Positions 47,208 to 58,652 are shown, numbered from the stretch's first letter. The stretch is DNA of 64,000 bases from an uncultured Gemmatimonadaceae bacterium (GCA_963829055.1 CAWHHI010000011.1:1-64000); one strand, 5' to 3'. Made by a program: numbers and translations. Notes: a model not told the origin generated them from the letters alone.

Positions 47208-47813
47208 TCAGACGGTGTCAGAACGCGCAGACCAAGCGAGCATCTGGCGGCTGCAGCAACCGCTAGCTGAGCCGGCGTGCTTCTGCGACTGCTTCTCATG
47301 CACCGCTACGGCCGTATGCACTCGGTGCTCGCGGCGCAGCAGCATGTAGCGCACGAACTGCACGACCCCCGCCAGCACCAGCGCGAACAGGCACACGACC
47401 ACGAGGCGCCACAGGAACGTCTGCGCGACGATCTCCAGCCAGTCGTGCGGGTGCGCGCGCTCCGACCCGATCGGCTCGCGGTGCGCGTAGATCAACGCGA
47501 GGCTCGTGAGCGACTCCGCCGCCGCTTCGATCGCCCCGAACACCGGCGCGCGCCACAGCCACGTGTCGCAGCGGAAAGTTGCCGAGGTGCAGCGTCGCCA
47601 TCCCGAGGATGAACAAGGCGCCGACAGCGCGAGCGTCGCACCGAAGTACAGCCAGCTCGTCGTCGGACCAACGCGTCATCGCCAGCGCGCGATACAACCG
47701 GAACAACACGCCCGTGACGATCGCCATCTCCGCGATCGACATCGAGAACGGCGGAACGCCGGCGGCTCCTCGAACTTCTTCCACTCGGTCGTCGTGTGCG
47801 GGAAGTAGGACAT
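47208..47813 (-). CDS. Hypothetical membrane protein (frameshifted; 3' end uncertain)
   Basis: MSYFPHTTTEWK..., EMAIVTGVLFRLYRAL, TLHLGNFPL, several TMs; start overlaps the esterase stop. Confidence 0.55.
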
Positions 47814-48945
47814 CAGCGCGCTCCGCTGCCGATCTTGCCGCCGATCCAGCGCAGACTCTCGCGCGCGTGCAACGCGCCAGTAGTCCCAGTCGTGCGCACC
47901 GGGCCATTCCGCATACGTGTGCGCGACGCCGAGTCGCTCGAGCGTCGCGTGAAGATCGCGCGACTGATCGACGTACCGATCGCGCGACGCCGACGTCGAT
48001 CATGAGCGACGGCATCCGCGCGCGATCGGCCGGTGCAGTAGCGCGCCGCGCGCCGGCCGGGATCGCGCGGCCACCAGCCCGTCGTGTCGCGTCCGAATGC
48101 GAGCACCATCGCCGGCCAGAGATCGGCCCGCATTCTGCCGCAACTCGGCCTCGGTGGCTGCATAACGCGGCGGCACGGCGTAGGGATGCGGACCCTCATA
48201 CAGCGGCGACAGCACACCCGAGTGGCTCGCGGCCGCGGAGAAGACGTCAGGATACGCGAGCGCCAGCGAGATCGCGCCGTAGCCGCCCATGCTCAGCCCC
48301 GCGATGGCGCGCGCCGACCGGGACGGGATCGTGCGATACGACGGAGTCCACACGCGCGACGAGATCGCGCGCGATGTAGTCGTCGTACTTGGGCCACGGC
48401 ACGCAGTAGCGCGTCCACCGTCTCGGACTGCACGACCCGGCGGCTTCGACGCGACGACATTCGGCGTTGTTCCCGAGATTGTTCCACGTCGTGTACCAGC
48501 CGTCGTCGCCGTCAGGCATGATGACGATCATCTCCGGCAGTCCCGCGGCGACGAGCGAGTCCAGCGTGCGGTCGATCGCGCCCGAGCGCGTACCCAGTTC
48601 CATTCGTCGCCCCACATGCCGTGCAGGTAGTACGCGACGGGATAGCGACGCGACGGCTGCTCGTCTCGTACGACGGCGGCAGATAGACGACGAACTGCTT
48701 GCGAATCCCGAGCGCCTGCGACCAGAACGAATCCGCGGCGACCCGCGAGACCATCCGGGGCTCGTCGAACGGCAGCAGGTGGCCGGTCGCGTCACGATCC
48801 GTGTGCGCACCTGCACTCGGCGGATCATCCTGGTCTGTCAAGCGCACCGGCGGGAATGCCGCTCACGAGATAGCTCGCGCGACACGCATGCGAACGCGAC
48901 GGCGACGCGCGCAACGCGCCGCAGGAGCCGCGCACCGCGGTCACA
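47813..48945 (-). CDS. Alpha/beta-hydrolase esterase (frameshifted; start approximate)
   Basis: VYLPPSY, YLHG, IVMPDG, nucleophile AGLSMGGYGA, AASHSG. Confidence 0.85.
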
Positions 48946-49802
48946 CCGGTGAACCTCACCAGTGCTCGGACTCATTCGCCATGTCTGTAGGATGCCCTGC
49001 GGCGACAGCGGGGCGAAAGCCGCTCCAGCCGGCATTCCCACGTTAGGGCGCACGGTCGGTGCATGCGCTACGTACGAGGCATTCGAGAAATGCACGCCCA
49101 CCCCCACTCCTGGCACGCGCCCGGACCACGCCGTGAACCCACAGGCGACGTGATACGGGTGGCGTCGAGCGCCGTGCCGGGATCACCGCCCGGAAACGGG
49201 GTGTCCGCGGCCGACGGCTCGCGCGACGGCGGCGGCGTCCAGTCGATCGCGAACGACACGCCCGGCAGGTCCGCCGCCATCACCACGAAGCGCACCTTCG
49301 CCCGCGCGGCACAGATGCCGCCCGTGCGCGAGCCGCAGCGCCTGGACGCTGCTCCCGACGCCGACGCCACCCGTCGTCTTGAAGGCCGGATCCGGTTGCG
49401 ATCACGCGAATGATCGACGTGTCGGGCGTACCCGTCGATAGCGACGACGAGCGGGTGCCCAGCGTACGCGTCACGACGTGGGCCCGTTCCGGCGTGCCCT
49501 CGCTCGAGCGACCACGGCGGTGTCGCGCACCGGACAGCGTGACGCAAGTCGACGACATCCGTGTGCCGCGGAGCACAGGACCGATGCCGACGGAGTCGAC
49601 GACGATCGAGACGTTCGCGGCGTCGCACCGGTCGGCGGTCCGCTGGCGATCGGCCGCAGCGATCCGCGGCCGTGCCGCGCGCCTGCTCGCTCGCATCCGC
49701 CGCCCCGGTCGCCCGCCCTGTCGCCCTGACACGCAGCGAGCGCCACGACGACCAGGGCAAGCAGCCAGTCGACGTCCAGCCTCCGCGCTGAGCTGGCGTC
49801 AC
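48943..49802 (-). CDS. Hypothetical lipoprotein (frameshifted; boundaries approximate)
   Basis: WLLALVVVALAAC lipobox right after the RidA stop; DSVGIGPV. Confidence 0.4.
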
Positions 49803-50267
49803 CCGACGGTAGCCCAGCACTCGATCTCGACGCGCGCGCCGAGCGCCAGGCCATTCGCGCCGAGGGCGCTGCGTGCGGGCTTGTTCTTCGGGAAGTAGCT
49901 CGCGTACACGACGTTCATGCGATCCCACTCGCGCATGTCGGCCATCATGACGGTGCACTTCACGACGCGGTCCATCGACGAGCCGGTCCGCTGCAGCACG
50001 TCCTTGATGTTCTCCATCGTCTGGCGCGTTTCGGCTTCGATGCCGCCGGGAACGACGCGCTGGCGGTCGACGCTCGGCTGTGCCGATCTGACCGGAGAGG
50101 TAGAGCATGTTGCCGACGCGGACGGCCGGCGAGAATGGACGCGTCGGCGCGCCGTAGGGTGTGAGGAACTGGCGGCGCTGGGGGACGCGGCGGTCTCGGG
50201 CTGGTCACGACCGCCGCACGCCGCGGTCACCGCGAGAGGATCAGACAGCACACGCTCGAACGCGCAT
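49799..50267 (-). CDS. RidA family protein with a possible lipoprotein leader (frameshifted)
   Basis: LYLSGQIG, GIEAETRQTMENI, VVKCTVM, MNVVYASYF..PARSA, LALGARVEIEC. Confidence 0.9.
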
Positions 50268-50524
50268 TGCTCCGCCTGGGTTTGGGATTGGCGGAACGAT
50301 GGCGACCTCGCTCACCCGCTCGAAAGGCCGAGCCGCGGTGTGCAAGGTTGGCAACACGTCTGTCAGAGCGATCGAGCCGGTCACGCGACGTTTGCCAGAT
50401 TGACCAACCGGCCCGGGCACGAGCGATGCTTTTCTCAGGCCCGTAACGGTCGCACCAGTCAGAGGAATCGAATCCCCGTGGCGACCTTTCTTGAACTCTT
50501 GAACCTCGTTGAGGAGAGACTGCC

Positions 50525-50957
50525 ATGATCGACCAGCCGCTGCATGCCGACGTTCAACCGCGTGCTGGCGTTCGATCGTGAGCTGGATCGCATGGTGAAC
50601 CGGACCGGCGCAGCGCTTCTTCGTTCCGTCGGTCGACGTCGTCGAGCGCGCGGACGCGTATCATGATCACGGCTGAGCTGCCTGGCGTGGATCCGGCGGC
50701 CGTCGAGATCTCGTTCGAGAACAACACGCTGACCCTGCGCGGCACGAAGGCGCCGTGGCTGGTCAGCCGCAGGAGAACGAGGAGCTGCGCGTCTACTCGG
50801 CTGAGCGACTGAGCGGCACGTTCGAGCGCTCGGTTCGGCTGCCCGAGTACGTCGAGGGCGACAAGATCGAGGCGACGCTACTAGCACGGCGTGCTGACGA
50901 TCACGGTACCGAAGGCGGCAGGCGGCGCGGCCGCGGAAGATCGAGATCAAGGGATAA
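50525..50957 (+). CDS. Hsp20/alpha-crystallin small heat-shock protein (frameshifted)
   Basis: VDVVE, AELPGVD, LTLRGTK, ERLSGTFERSVRLP, GVLTITVPK, RKIEI. Confidence 0.9.
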
Positions 50958-50960
50958 CGC

Positions 50961-51091
50961 GCTAACAGCTAACGGCTAACCAGCTATCAGCTATCAGCCA
51001 TAGACCCTCGGGATGCTCATCTCAGCCAAGAGAATCGTCCGGATCGGTTCTCGCTGATCAGCTGATAGCTGCTCAGCTGATGGCTGTTAGC
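50961..51091. repeat. Inverted pair of CAGCTAW/CAGCCAT heptamer tracts between hsp20 and dctA
   Basis: gctaacagctaac..cagctatcagctatcagccat versus gctgatcagctgatagctg..gctgatggctgttagc. Confidence 0.7.
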
Positions 51092-52368
51092 TCCGCGCAG
51101 CGGCGCGTCCTCCTCCAGGACGACGTGCCCTGCCAGCGCGCGCCGGTTTTGTTCCGCGTCGAACGCGTTCTCGCTCTTCGCGATCACCACCGTCGCGACG
51201 CCGTTGCCGATCAGGTTCACGATCGCGCGCGCTTCCGACATGAAGCGGTCGACGCCGAGCAGCAGCGCGATCGACTCGACGGGAATGATCTTCATCGCGC
51301 TCAGCGTCGACGCGAGCACGATGAAGCCCGAGCCGGTCACGCCGGCCGCGCCCTTGGACGTCAGCATCAGCACGCCGAGGACCGTCAGCTCCTGGCCTAA
51401 CGACAGGTCGACGCCGGAGACCTGCGCGAGGAAGATCGTCGCCATCGACAGGTAGATCGACGTGCCGTCGAGGTTGAACGAGTAGCCCGTCGGGACGACC
51501 AGCCCGACGATCGGCTTCGCGCACCCGAACTTCTCGAGCTTGTCCATCAGCCTCGGCAACGCCGCCTCGGAGCTCGACGTGCCGAGCACCAGCAGGATCT
51601 CCTCCCAGATGTAGCTGAGGAATCGCCAGCAGGCTGAAGCCGTACAGGCGCGCGATGATGTTCAGCACGACGAACACGAACAGGAACATCGTCGTGTAGA
51701 CGGACAGCATGAGCTTGCCCGAGCGGGATGAGCGTGCGCAGACCGAAGTTGCCGACGGTGAACGCCATCGCGCCGAATGCGCCGATGGGCGCGACGATCA
51801 TGATGATCCCGACGATCCGGAACAGCGCCTTCGACAGCACCTCGAACACGGTCAGCGCCGGCCTCGCCGTCTCGCCTAGCGCGCTCAGCGCGACGCCGAA
51901 CAGCACGGCGACGAACACGACCTGCAGCATCTCGCCGCGCACGAACGCCTCGAGCATGTTCGCCGGCACGATGTGCGTGACGAAGTCGACGAACGTCATC
52001 TGCTGCGCCTGCGTGGTGTAGCGCGAGATGTCGCCGCCAGCGATGCGGCTGACATCGAGCCCGGCGCCGGGCTTGATGACGTTCACGACGACGAGCCCGA
52101 TCGCGAGCGCGAAGGTCGTGACGACCTCGAAGTAGAGGAGCGCCTTGCCGCCCACGCGCCCGACGCGTTTGAGGTCCCCGAGCGTTGCGATGCCGAGCAC
52201 GATCGTGAAGAAGACGATCGGCGCGATCACCATCTTCACGAGGTTCACGAACGTGTCGCCGAGCGGCCGCATCGCCTTCGCGGTGTCGGGCGAGACGACG
52301 CCGAGGATCACGCCGAGCGTGATCGCGACGAGGACTCGGAACGTCAGGTTGTTGAGGAGGCGACGCAT
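51017..52368 (-). CDS. dctA: C4-dicarboxylate:cation symporter (frameshifted)
   Basis: [74 protein letters not shown]. Confidence 0.95.
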
Positions 52369-52374
52369 GAGGAT

Positions 52375-52507
52375 CGGGAATCGGGAATCGGGAATCGGGA
52401 ATCGACGGAACCTAACGCCTGGTTGTCTGCTCTCGACCAGCGACCAGCCCGAGCGACCAGCGACCAGCTGCCAGTTCCTGTTCCCGATTCCCGTTTCCCG
52501 ATTCCCG
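52375..52507. repeat. Composite heptamer element: (CGGGAAT)4 ... (CGACCAG)n ... inverted (TTCCCGA)n
   Basis: Directly visible tandem heptamers with inverted outer arms. Confidence 0.8.
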
Positions 52508-55009
52508 TCTCGACGGCAGGAGCCGGAGCACATGCTTCGTCTCCGCTTCGACACGGGCGCGAGAGAACACGAGCGGGAAATATTTGTCGTTGCCCCACAG
52601 CGGGAGCAGATCGTCGTAGTACTCGCTGCCCGGCTGCGCCGACTGGCCGGGGACGTTGATCGCCACCGAGTTGTCGAAGTCGCCGAGGTCGATGACCTCG
52701 CGGTACGACGCGCCCGCGGTCTGGTGATAGTTCGCGCCGCCCGTCGCGAAGACCGTGTTCGCATCTCCAGCGCGCGACACCGGCGGCAGGTCGAACGCGC
52801 GCGCCAGCGGATGTCGAAGCTCGGCCACGTGCATCGTCCCCCAGCGCCACTGCGTCGTGTCCGCGCCGAAGCGTCCGCGTCACCTCCGCTGACCGCCTCG
52901 GCGAGCGCGCCGACGCATGAGCGAGTCGCGGAAGCGCGCGGACACCGCACCGGCTGGCGCGGCGAGGAACGCCTCGAGCTGCTCGTAGTCGGCGCGATTG
53001 CCCATCACCTGCGCCGCCTCGGCGGGAGAGTCGCGCGGCGTTCGCGCGGCGCGCGAGGATCGGCGCCCACGCCTCGAACAGCAGCGGGCGCGGCCGCGTC
53101 GCGCGACATGCCGATAGTTCCAGCGACGCGAGCATCTGCACGGCCTGCGAATCGCTCTTCCCGAGTCGCCGCGCGGCGCTAACGAGCGTGCGGCACGAGG
53201 CGACGCGCGAGGACCGAGAGGTCGTCGTGCTGCAGCGCCTGAAAGTCGGCGACGGTGAAGTCGCTCCGGCTCGCAGGACTTCCCGGATGCGCGACACGCG
53301 ATAGTCGCGACGACCAGTCGTACGCGATCGGCGTCTTGTAGCCGGGCGGCAGAATGTTGTTGTTCGCCGTCGCGATGAATCCGCTCGCGGGATTGTACGA
53401 TTGCGGCAGCTGCGCGGTCGGGACGAATCCGTTCCACTCGTAAGCGGCCGTCGCCGGGCACGGGGAGCAGTCCCGACCAGCGACGCCGCGGCATGAGCCC
53501 GGCAGCGATCCAGCCGATGTTTCCGTCGACATCGGCGTAGATCATGTTCTCGCTCGGCATTCGCCAGCGCGCCATCGCGCTCTGGAAATCGCGCCAGTTT
53601 TGCGCGCGCCCGAGCTGAAGCGACGCGAGATACGCGGCGGTCCCGGGCTCCTGACCGACCATGCGAATCGCGACGGCGCGCCCGCGCGCGGAATCGCTCG
53701 AGACGATGGGGCCGTGGTGGGTGAATTCGAGCCTAACGATTCGCGGCTGGCTCTCCCTTCACCCGTATGGTGTCGATGACGGTCGTGATGGGTTGCCACC
53801 CGCCGTTGTGGAAGTAGCAGCGGGACGCGGGAGACCGGGAACGGGGAGGCGGGAGCTGCTGCTGCCGCGGCTGCTCGAGTTCCCGTTCCCCGTTCCCCGT
53901 TCCCCGTTCCCGCAGCACGGCACCAACTCTCTCGACATACACATCCTGCTGATCCATTCCCACGATCGTCAGCCCGAACGCGATGCGCTCGTTATGCCCG
54001 ATCGACACGCCCGGGCTCGCGGGCTCACCGGCGCCGATCACGTTCCAGCCCGGCCCGACGAGGTGCGTGATGTAGCGGACGGACGGGTGCGTGATCGCGC
54101 GATGCGGATCGTTCGCGAGAATCGGCTTGCCGGATCGCGTCTTCTTGCCGCTCACGACCCAGTTGTTCGAGCCCTCGACGCGCTGAAAGGCGATGTCCGA
54201 GTACGCGCTGCCGACGCCGCCGAGTGACGACTGATCGAGCCCGCGCGAGGTCGAGGCCGGGGACCGGATCGAGCGCGCGCGTCGGCTCGGTGGGGAGAAC
54301 CTCCTCGGTCGCCTTCTTCGCGCCGACGAGCGAGACGAGTCGCGCGCGCAGGATTTCCGTCGTCGCGTTCGACACGCCCGAGAGCGACGGTCACGCGCGC
54401 GAGCGGAACGTCGACGGTCCACGGCTCGGGCGCGAAGCCCATCATCGTGAACTCGATCGGCAGGCGATCCTTCACCTGCGCGATGTACGCGTTCACGCCG
54501 TCCGACGAACGCGCCGACGATCGCGCTTCGCGTTCGGACCGTACGCGGCCCACTCGGCGTCCGCTGGACCCACGATAGCGGAAGAGGCGCGCGAGGCGGT
54601 CGCGCTCCGACGGCGCGAGGGCCTAACACTTCGGCGAGTCGTCCTTCCGCCTGTACGACGCCACATCTCCATCTGCCAGAGGCGATCCTGCGCGGCGACG
54701 AAGCCCTGCGCGAAGAAGAGGTCGTGCTCGGTGCGCGCGTAGATGTGCGGCACGCCCCAGCGGTCGCGCCGCACCTCGACGGCGCTGTCGAGGCCCGGGA
54801 TCGTCGATCGTGCCATCGATCTGCGCGAGTCGCTTGACTGCTTCGTCGCGGAGCGTATCGGCGCTCGACGGCGAGCGCCGAGCGGTGCGCGTCGTTCGAC
54901 GGAGTCGTGGCCGCAGAGCCGGACGACGTGCCGACCATTGCGAGCACGATGGCGCTCGCGACGAGACTCGATCAGTTGAACGAGATTGCCCGGGAGAGCC
55001 GCTGATCAT
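52412..55009 (-). CDS. Penicillin acylase family Ntn-hydrolase (frameshifted)
   Basis: [63 protein letters not shown]. Confidence 0.93.
53821..53912. repeat. Heptamer hairpin located inside the penicillin acylase CDS
   Basis: Degenerate CGGGA-type heptamer left arm and (TTCCCCG)n right arm. Confidence 0.75.
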
Positions 55010-55149
55010 GGGATTCGCGCGACGGAACTCGAGGTGACGCGCGTTGGAGTGGTCGCGCGATCAGAGTGGCACCGAGCATTCACGTCAGAACAAGGGTCGA
55101 CCGCAGGCTATCGCACCAAGCTCCGGCGCACGTCGATCGCGACGCAGCG

Positions 55150-55991
55150 TTACCGAATGCGCGTGCCGATCCTGCCCCAGCGCACATCGGTGATGAACGG
55201 CAGCGGGCGATCGCTCGTCTCGTACGTGCACACGGGTGAGGGCTCGTCGCCCGGGCGATACGAGTAGTACACGAACATCGGACGACCGCGCACGTTCTCG
55301 CGCGGCACGACGCCCCAGTAGCGACTGTCCTTCGAGCAGTACCGGTTGTCGCCCATCATGAAGTAATGAGCAGGCGGTACGACCAGTGGTCCCCAGTTGT
55401 CGTGCGTCGGCTGCGCGGGCGCCGCGCCGAAGCGTGACGTCGCGAGCGCGTAGCGCTTCTGCCACTCGAACAGCGGGTCGACGTAGTTCGGATCGCCCTT
55501 CTCGTTGTTCGCGGTCGCGAAGCCCTGTCGCTGCGCGATGCCGTTCACGTAGCACGAGTCCGTCGCGCATGTAGATCGTGTCACCCGGCATGCCGATGAG
55601 GCGCTTCACGAGCGTCGGCGTCGCGATCGTTGCCGATCGCCGCCTCGTCAGGCTGAAACGGCGAGACGAACACGACGACGTCGCCGCGCTTCGGAGTCCG
55701 AGTAGCCCGGCAGGTTGATCTTCGTGAACGGAATGTGTGGACCGTACACGAGCTTGTTCACGAACAGCCAGTCGCCGACGAGCAACGTGGGGATCATGCT
55801 CCCCGACGGAATGCGAAACGCTTCGACGAAGAACGTGCGAATGAAGAGGAAGATCACCAGCGCGCCGGCGATCGACTTCACGTTCTCCCAGAGCGTGGAC
55901 GGGAGCGCGCGCTTCGCTTTGACCTTGCCGCGCGCGGCGGCGACGCTCGAGCTCTTCGCGGGCGGGCGGATCGTTTTTTGGTGGACGCCAC
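55150..55991 (-). CDS. lepB: Signal peptidase I (frameshifted)
   Basis: FRIPSGSMIPTL..GD, LVKRLIGMPGD, YFMMGDNR..SKDSRYWG. Confidence 0.95.
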
Positions 55992-56100
55992 TCTGGACAG
56001 ACGGATCGAGGGAGAGGAACGGCGGATAGTGATCGAACAGTCAAATGTAATTACGCCGCCGTGCGCGGGCGTGTTTCCTCCGGAGAATGGGCCGGAATGC

Positions 56101-56136
56101 CAGAGGGGCGCACTCCGTGGAGAGTGCGCCCCTCTG
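56101..56136 (-). terminator. Strong hairpin, putative terminator after the SWIB gene
   Basis: CAGAGGGGCGCACTC / GAGTGCGCCCCTCTG perfect 15-bp stem; no clear U-tract. Confidence 0.55.
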
Positions 56137-56170
56137 ACACGTTCGAACGACGTGCGAACGACTGCGTGAC

Positions 56171-56539
56171 CTACTTGAGGTGCTTGTTCACCAGCTTCGT
56201 CATGTCGAACATCGACACCTGGCCCTTGCCACCGAAGATCGGCTTGAGCTTGTCGTCGGCGTTGATCATGCGACGGTTCTTCGCGTCCTGCAGGTTGTTC
56301 TTCTTGATGTACTGCCAGAGCTTCTTGGTCACCTCGGTGCGCGGCATCGGCGAGGCACCGACGACCGGCGCGAGCTGCGCGGACGGCGTCATCGGCTTCA
56401 TGAATGCCGGGTTCGGCGCGCGCTTGGTCTTCTTCGCAGGGGCCTTCTTCGCAGCAGCCTTTTTCGCGGGCGCTTTCTTCGCGGCGGCTTTCTTCGTCGC
56501 GCCCTTCTTGGCAGCGGCCTTCTTCTTGGCAGTGGCCAT
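56171..56539 (-). CDS. SWIB/MDM2 domain protein with a histone H1-like Lys/Ala tail
   Basis: AKKAPAKK repeats then FMKPMTPSAQLA, PRTEVTKKLWQYIKKNNLQD, INADDKL, VSMFDMTKLV. Confidence 0.93.
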   Translation of the reverse strand: MATAKKKAAAKKGATKKAAAKKAPAKKAAAKKAPAKKTKRAPNPAFMKPMTPSAQLAPVVGASPMPRTEVTKKLWQYIKKNNLQDAKNRRMINADDKLKPIFGGKGQVSMFDMTKLVNKHLK

Positions 56540-56732
56540 CGATGGTCTCCTGGTGGGTGATCGAAACGCGTTCTCTCTCTATGGCGAACACGAATCCGTC
56601 GCCGCACAAACTAAAGACCCTCGGGCCATATGCAATAGGACCAAGGGCGTTTTTCCCTATGAAGACGGGGCAAAAGTGCTCGATTTTCCCTATGAGCGCT
56701 CGTCAGGCAGTAGCGCGGCGCGCCGCGCCGCG

Positions 56733-56767
56733 CGGCTATCAGCCATCAGCCATCGGCCGATCAGCTC
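56733..56767. repeat. CAGCCAT/CAGCTAT heptamer tract
   Basis: cggctatcagccatcagccatcggccgatcagctc at the nfo stop. Confidence 0.65.
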
Positions 56768-57656
56768 AACTGACAGTCGTGAGTTTCTTCAGCAACTCCA
56801 TCATTTTCACGTCGTACGGATCAGGCGAATCGTCATCATCCGCGATGTCGTAATGCTCCTGCGGCGTCTCGAGAATCAGCGGAATTCCCTTCGTACGCGC
56901 GTCCTCGAGCAGCCATCGAAATGGCTCGACGCCGATCTTCCCGTCGCCGATGAGCACGTGACGATCCTTGTTCGAGCCGAGCGCGCCCTCACTGTCGTTC
57001 AGGTGAAAGAAGCTCGGCTTCTCTCCCGTCGTGTTCTCGAACAGATCGAGCACGATGCGCACCGCGTCCTCCGACATCGTGATGTCGTGACCGCTCGCGT
57101 AGAGGTGACACGTGTCGAGCCCATAGCCGGTGCGCTCACGCAGCGACGTGGGCACGTGCGAGAGAATCTCACCGACTTCTTCGGCGGTTCGTCCCATGGT
57201 ACGACCAGCGCCCGCGGTGTTCTCCACGAGCAGACGTGTAGGGCCAGGCACGGTCTTCACCGCGACCTCGATGGCTTTCGCGATGCGCTTCGCCGAGACG
57301 GACCGGTCGCTGTCCTTCGCGGAGCCCGGGTGAAAGCACACGGCGCCGATGCCGAGTGCCGCGGCACGTTCCACTTCCTTCGTGAGGCCGAGCGTCGCGC
57401 GCTCGTACGTCGCATCGTCAGGCGTCGCGACACTGAGCACGTACGCCGCATGCGCGACAATGTGCTCGGGTCGAATCTCCGACTCCGCGAGCGCGGCGCG
57501 AAATCGCTCGACGCGCTCGGGGCGAACGGAGATCTTCTCGTTATAGAACTGCGGCTTGGCAGTGAACACCTGCAGTGCACGCATGCCGCTGCGAGCGGCA
57601 CGACGCACGGCCATCTGAATTCCACCGTTATCGATGGTATGGGCACCGAAGAGCAT
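56766..57656 (-). CDS. nfo: Endonuclease IV
   Basis: FGAH, HAAY, FHPGS, LVENTAG, LDTCHLYASG, HLNDS, DRH, ILETP. Confidence 0.95.
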   Translation of the reverse strand: MLFGAHTIDNGGIQMAVRRAARSGMRALQVFTAKPQFYNEKISVRPERVERFRAALAESEIRPEHIVAHAAYVLSVATPDDATYERATLGLTKEVERAAALGIGAVCFHPGSAKDSDRSVSAKRIAKAIEVAVKTVPGPTRLLVENTAGAGRTMGRTAEEVGEILSHVPTSLRERTGYGLDTCHLYASGHDITMSEDAVRIVLDLFENTTGEKPSFFHLNDSEGALGSNKDRHVLIGDGKIGVEPFRWLLEDARTKGIPLILETPQEHYDIADDDDSPDPYDVKMMELLKKLTTVS

Positions 57657-57678
57657 GAAGAGGATTGCTGGTTGCTGG

Positions 57679-57775
57679 TTGTTGCTTGCACGTCGCTCGG
57701 GCGCTCGCAGCGCGCTGCGAACAGCGGCTGCGTGGTAGATGCTAAGCAGTCCTGAGAGCGACGTGCAAGCAACAA
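57679..57775. repeat. Perfect 20-bp inverted repeat
   Basis: TTGTTGCTTGCACGTCGCTC (57679-57698) and GAGCGACGTGCAAGCAACAA (57756-57775). Confidence 0.8.
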
Positions 57776-57806
57776 GCGGAGCGCAGCTTGTGCGCGCAGC
57801 TGATCG

Positions 57807-58652
57807 CTATCGCAGCGTGCCCACGCGCGCGATCACCGCGCGATCCTTCCCGTGCCAGCCCACCGCGACGAGCGGCTGCCGCAGCGCGACCAACGGACGC
57901 TCGGCGATCGTCGCACCGGCCGATGCTTCGGGACGCTCACGCGCGAAGATGTGGCCCCACGTGCGCGACATCGCGAGCGCGATCTGCGAGCGCTCGCTGT
58001 TCGGATCCTCGAACGCGACGATCACCATGCTGTCCGCCGCCGCGACCGCCGTCGCCGACGGACGCTCGCCGTACATGATCGGCACTGGTGCGTGAAACAG
58101 CTCGCCGCGCTCCATCGAATGCGCGAAGAACACGCCGGGCCCGCCCGTGCTATTCAGGAAGTACGTGACGTGCACGTACCCCGATTTCGCATCGGCCGCG
58201 ATCGCCGGCGCAGGACGCGAGCACGAGTTCGCACCGCGATCCGTGGTATCGACGGGCACCGCCGGTGTCCACGTGCCACCCGCATCGTCCGAGCGCGCCG
58301 AGACGAGCGCGGCGCGGCCGGCCGAGCGGCGAGACCACCAGACGCTGTATAGCTCCGTGGCTGACATCGCGGCCGTGCGCAACGAGCCGGGGCACGCGGC
58401 CGTATCCGCGGGCGAGGTCGCCGACGCAACGAGGCTCTCGAGCACGGGAGATCCATCTTCGCGCAGGACGAGGTGTGCATTCGGCGCCGGCGGCACAGAT
58501 AGATCGTCACCCGGCGTGGGCATCACGATCTGTCTCGCGTCACCGCGCCACTCGACCGGCTCCTTCACGCAGGCGCCAAGGACGAGCACACTCATGCTGA
58601 GCGTGGTAAGCGCACCGAGCCGCAGGAATGCGAATCGCGTCCGGGAGCGCAT
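57807..58652 (-). CDS. Hypothetical lipoprotein with BNR/Asp-box motifs
   Basis: LVLGAC lipobox; SARSDDAGGTW, HSMERG and SRTWGHIF Asp-box-like motifs. Confidence 0.7.
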   Translation of the reverse strand: MRSRTRFAFLRLGALTTLSMSVLVLGACVKEPVEWRGDARQIVMPTPGDDLSVPPAPNAHLVLREDGSPVLESLVASATSPADTAACPGSLRTAAMSATELYSVWWSRRSAGRAALVSARSDDAGGTWTPAVPVDTTDRGANSCSRPAPAIAADAKSGYVHVTYFLNSTGGPGVFFAHSMERGELFHAPVPIMYGERPSATAVAAADSMVIVAFEDPNSERSQIALAMSRTWGHIFARERPEASAGATIAERPLVALRQPLVAVGWHGKDRAVIARVGTLR

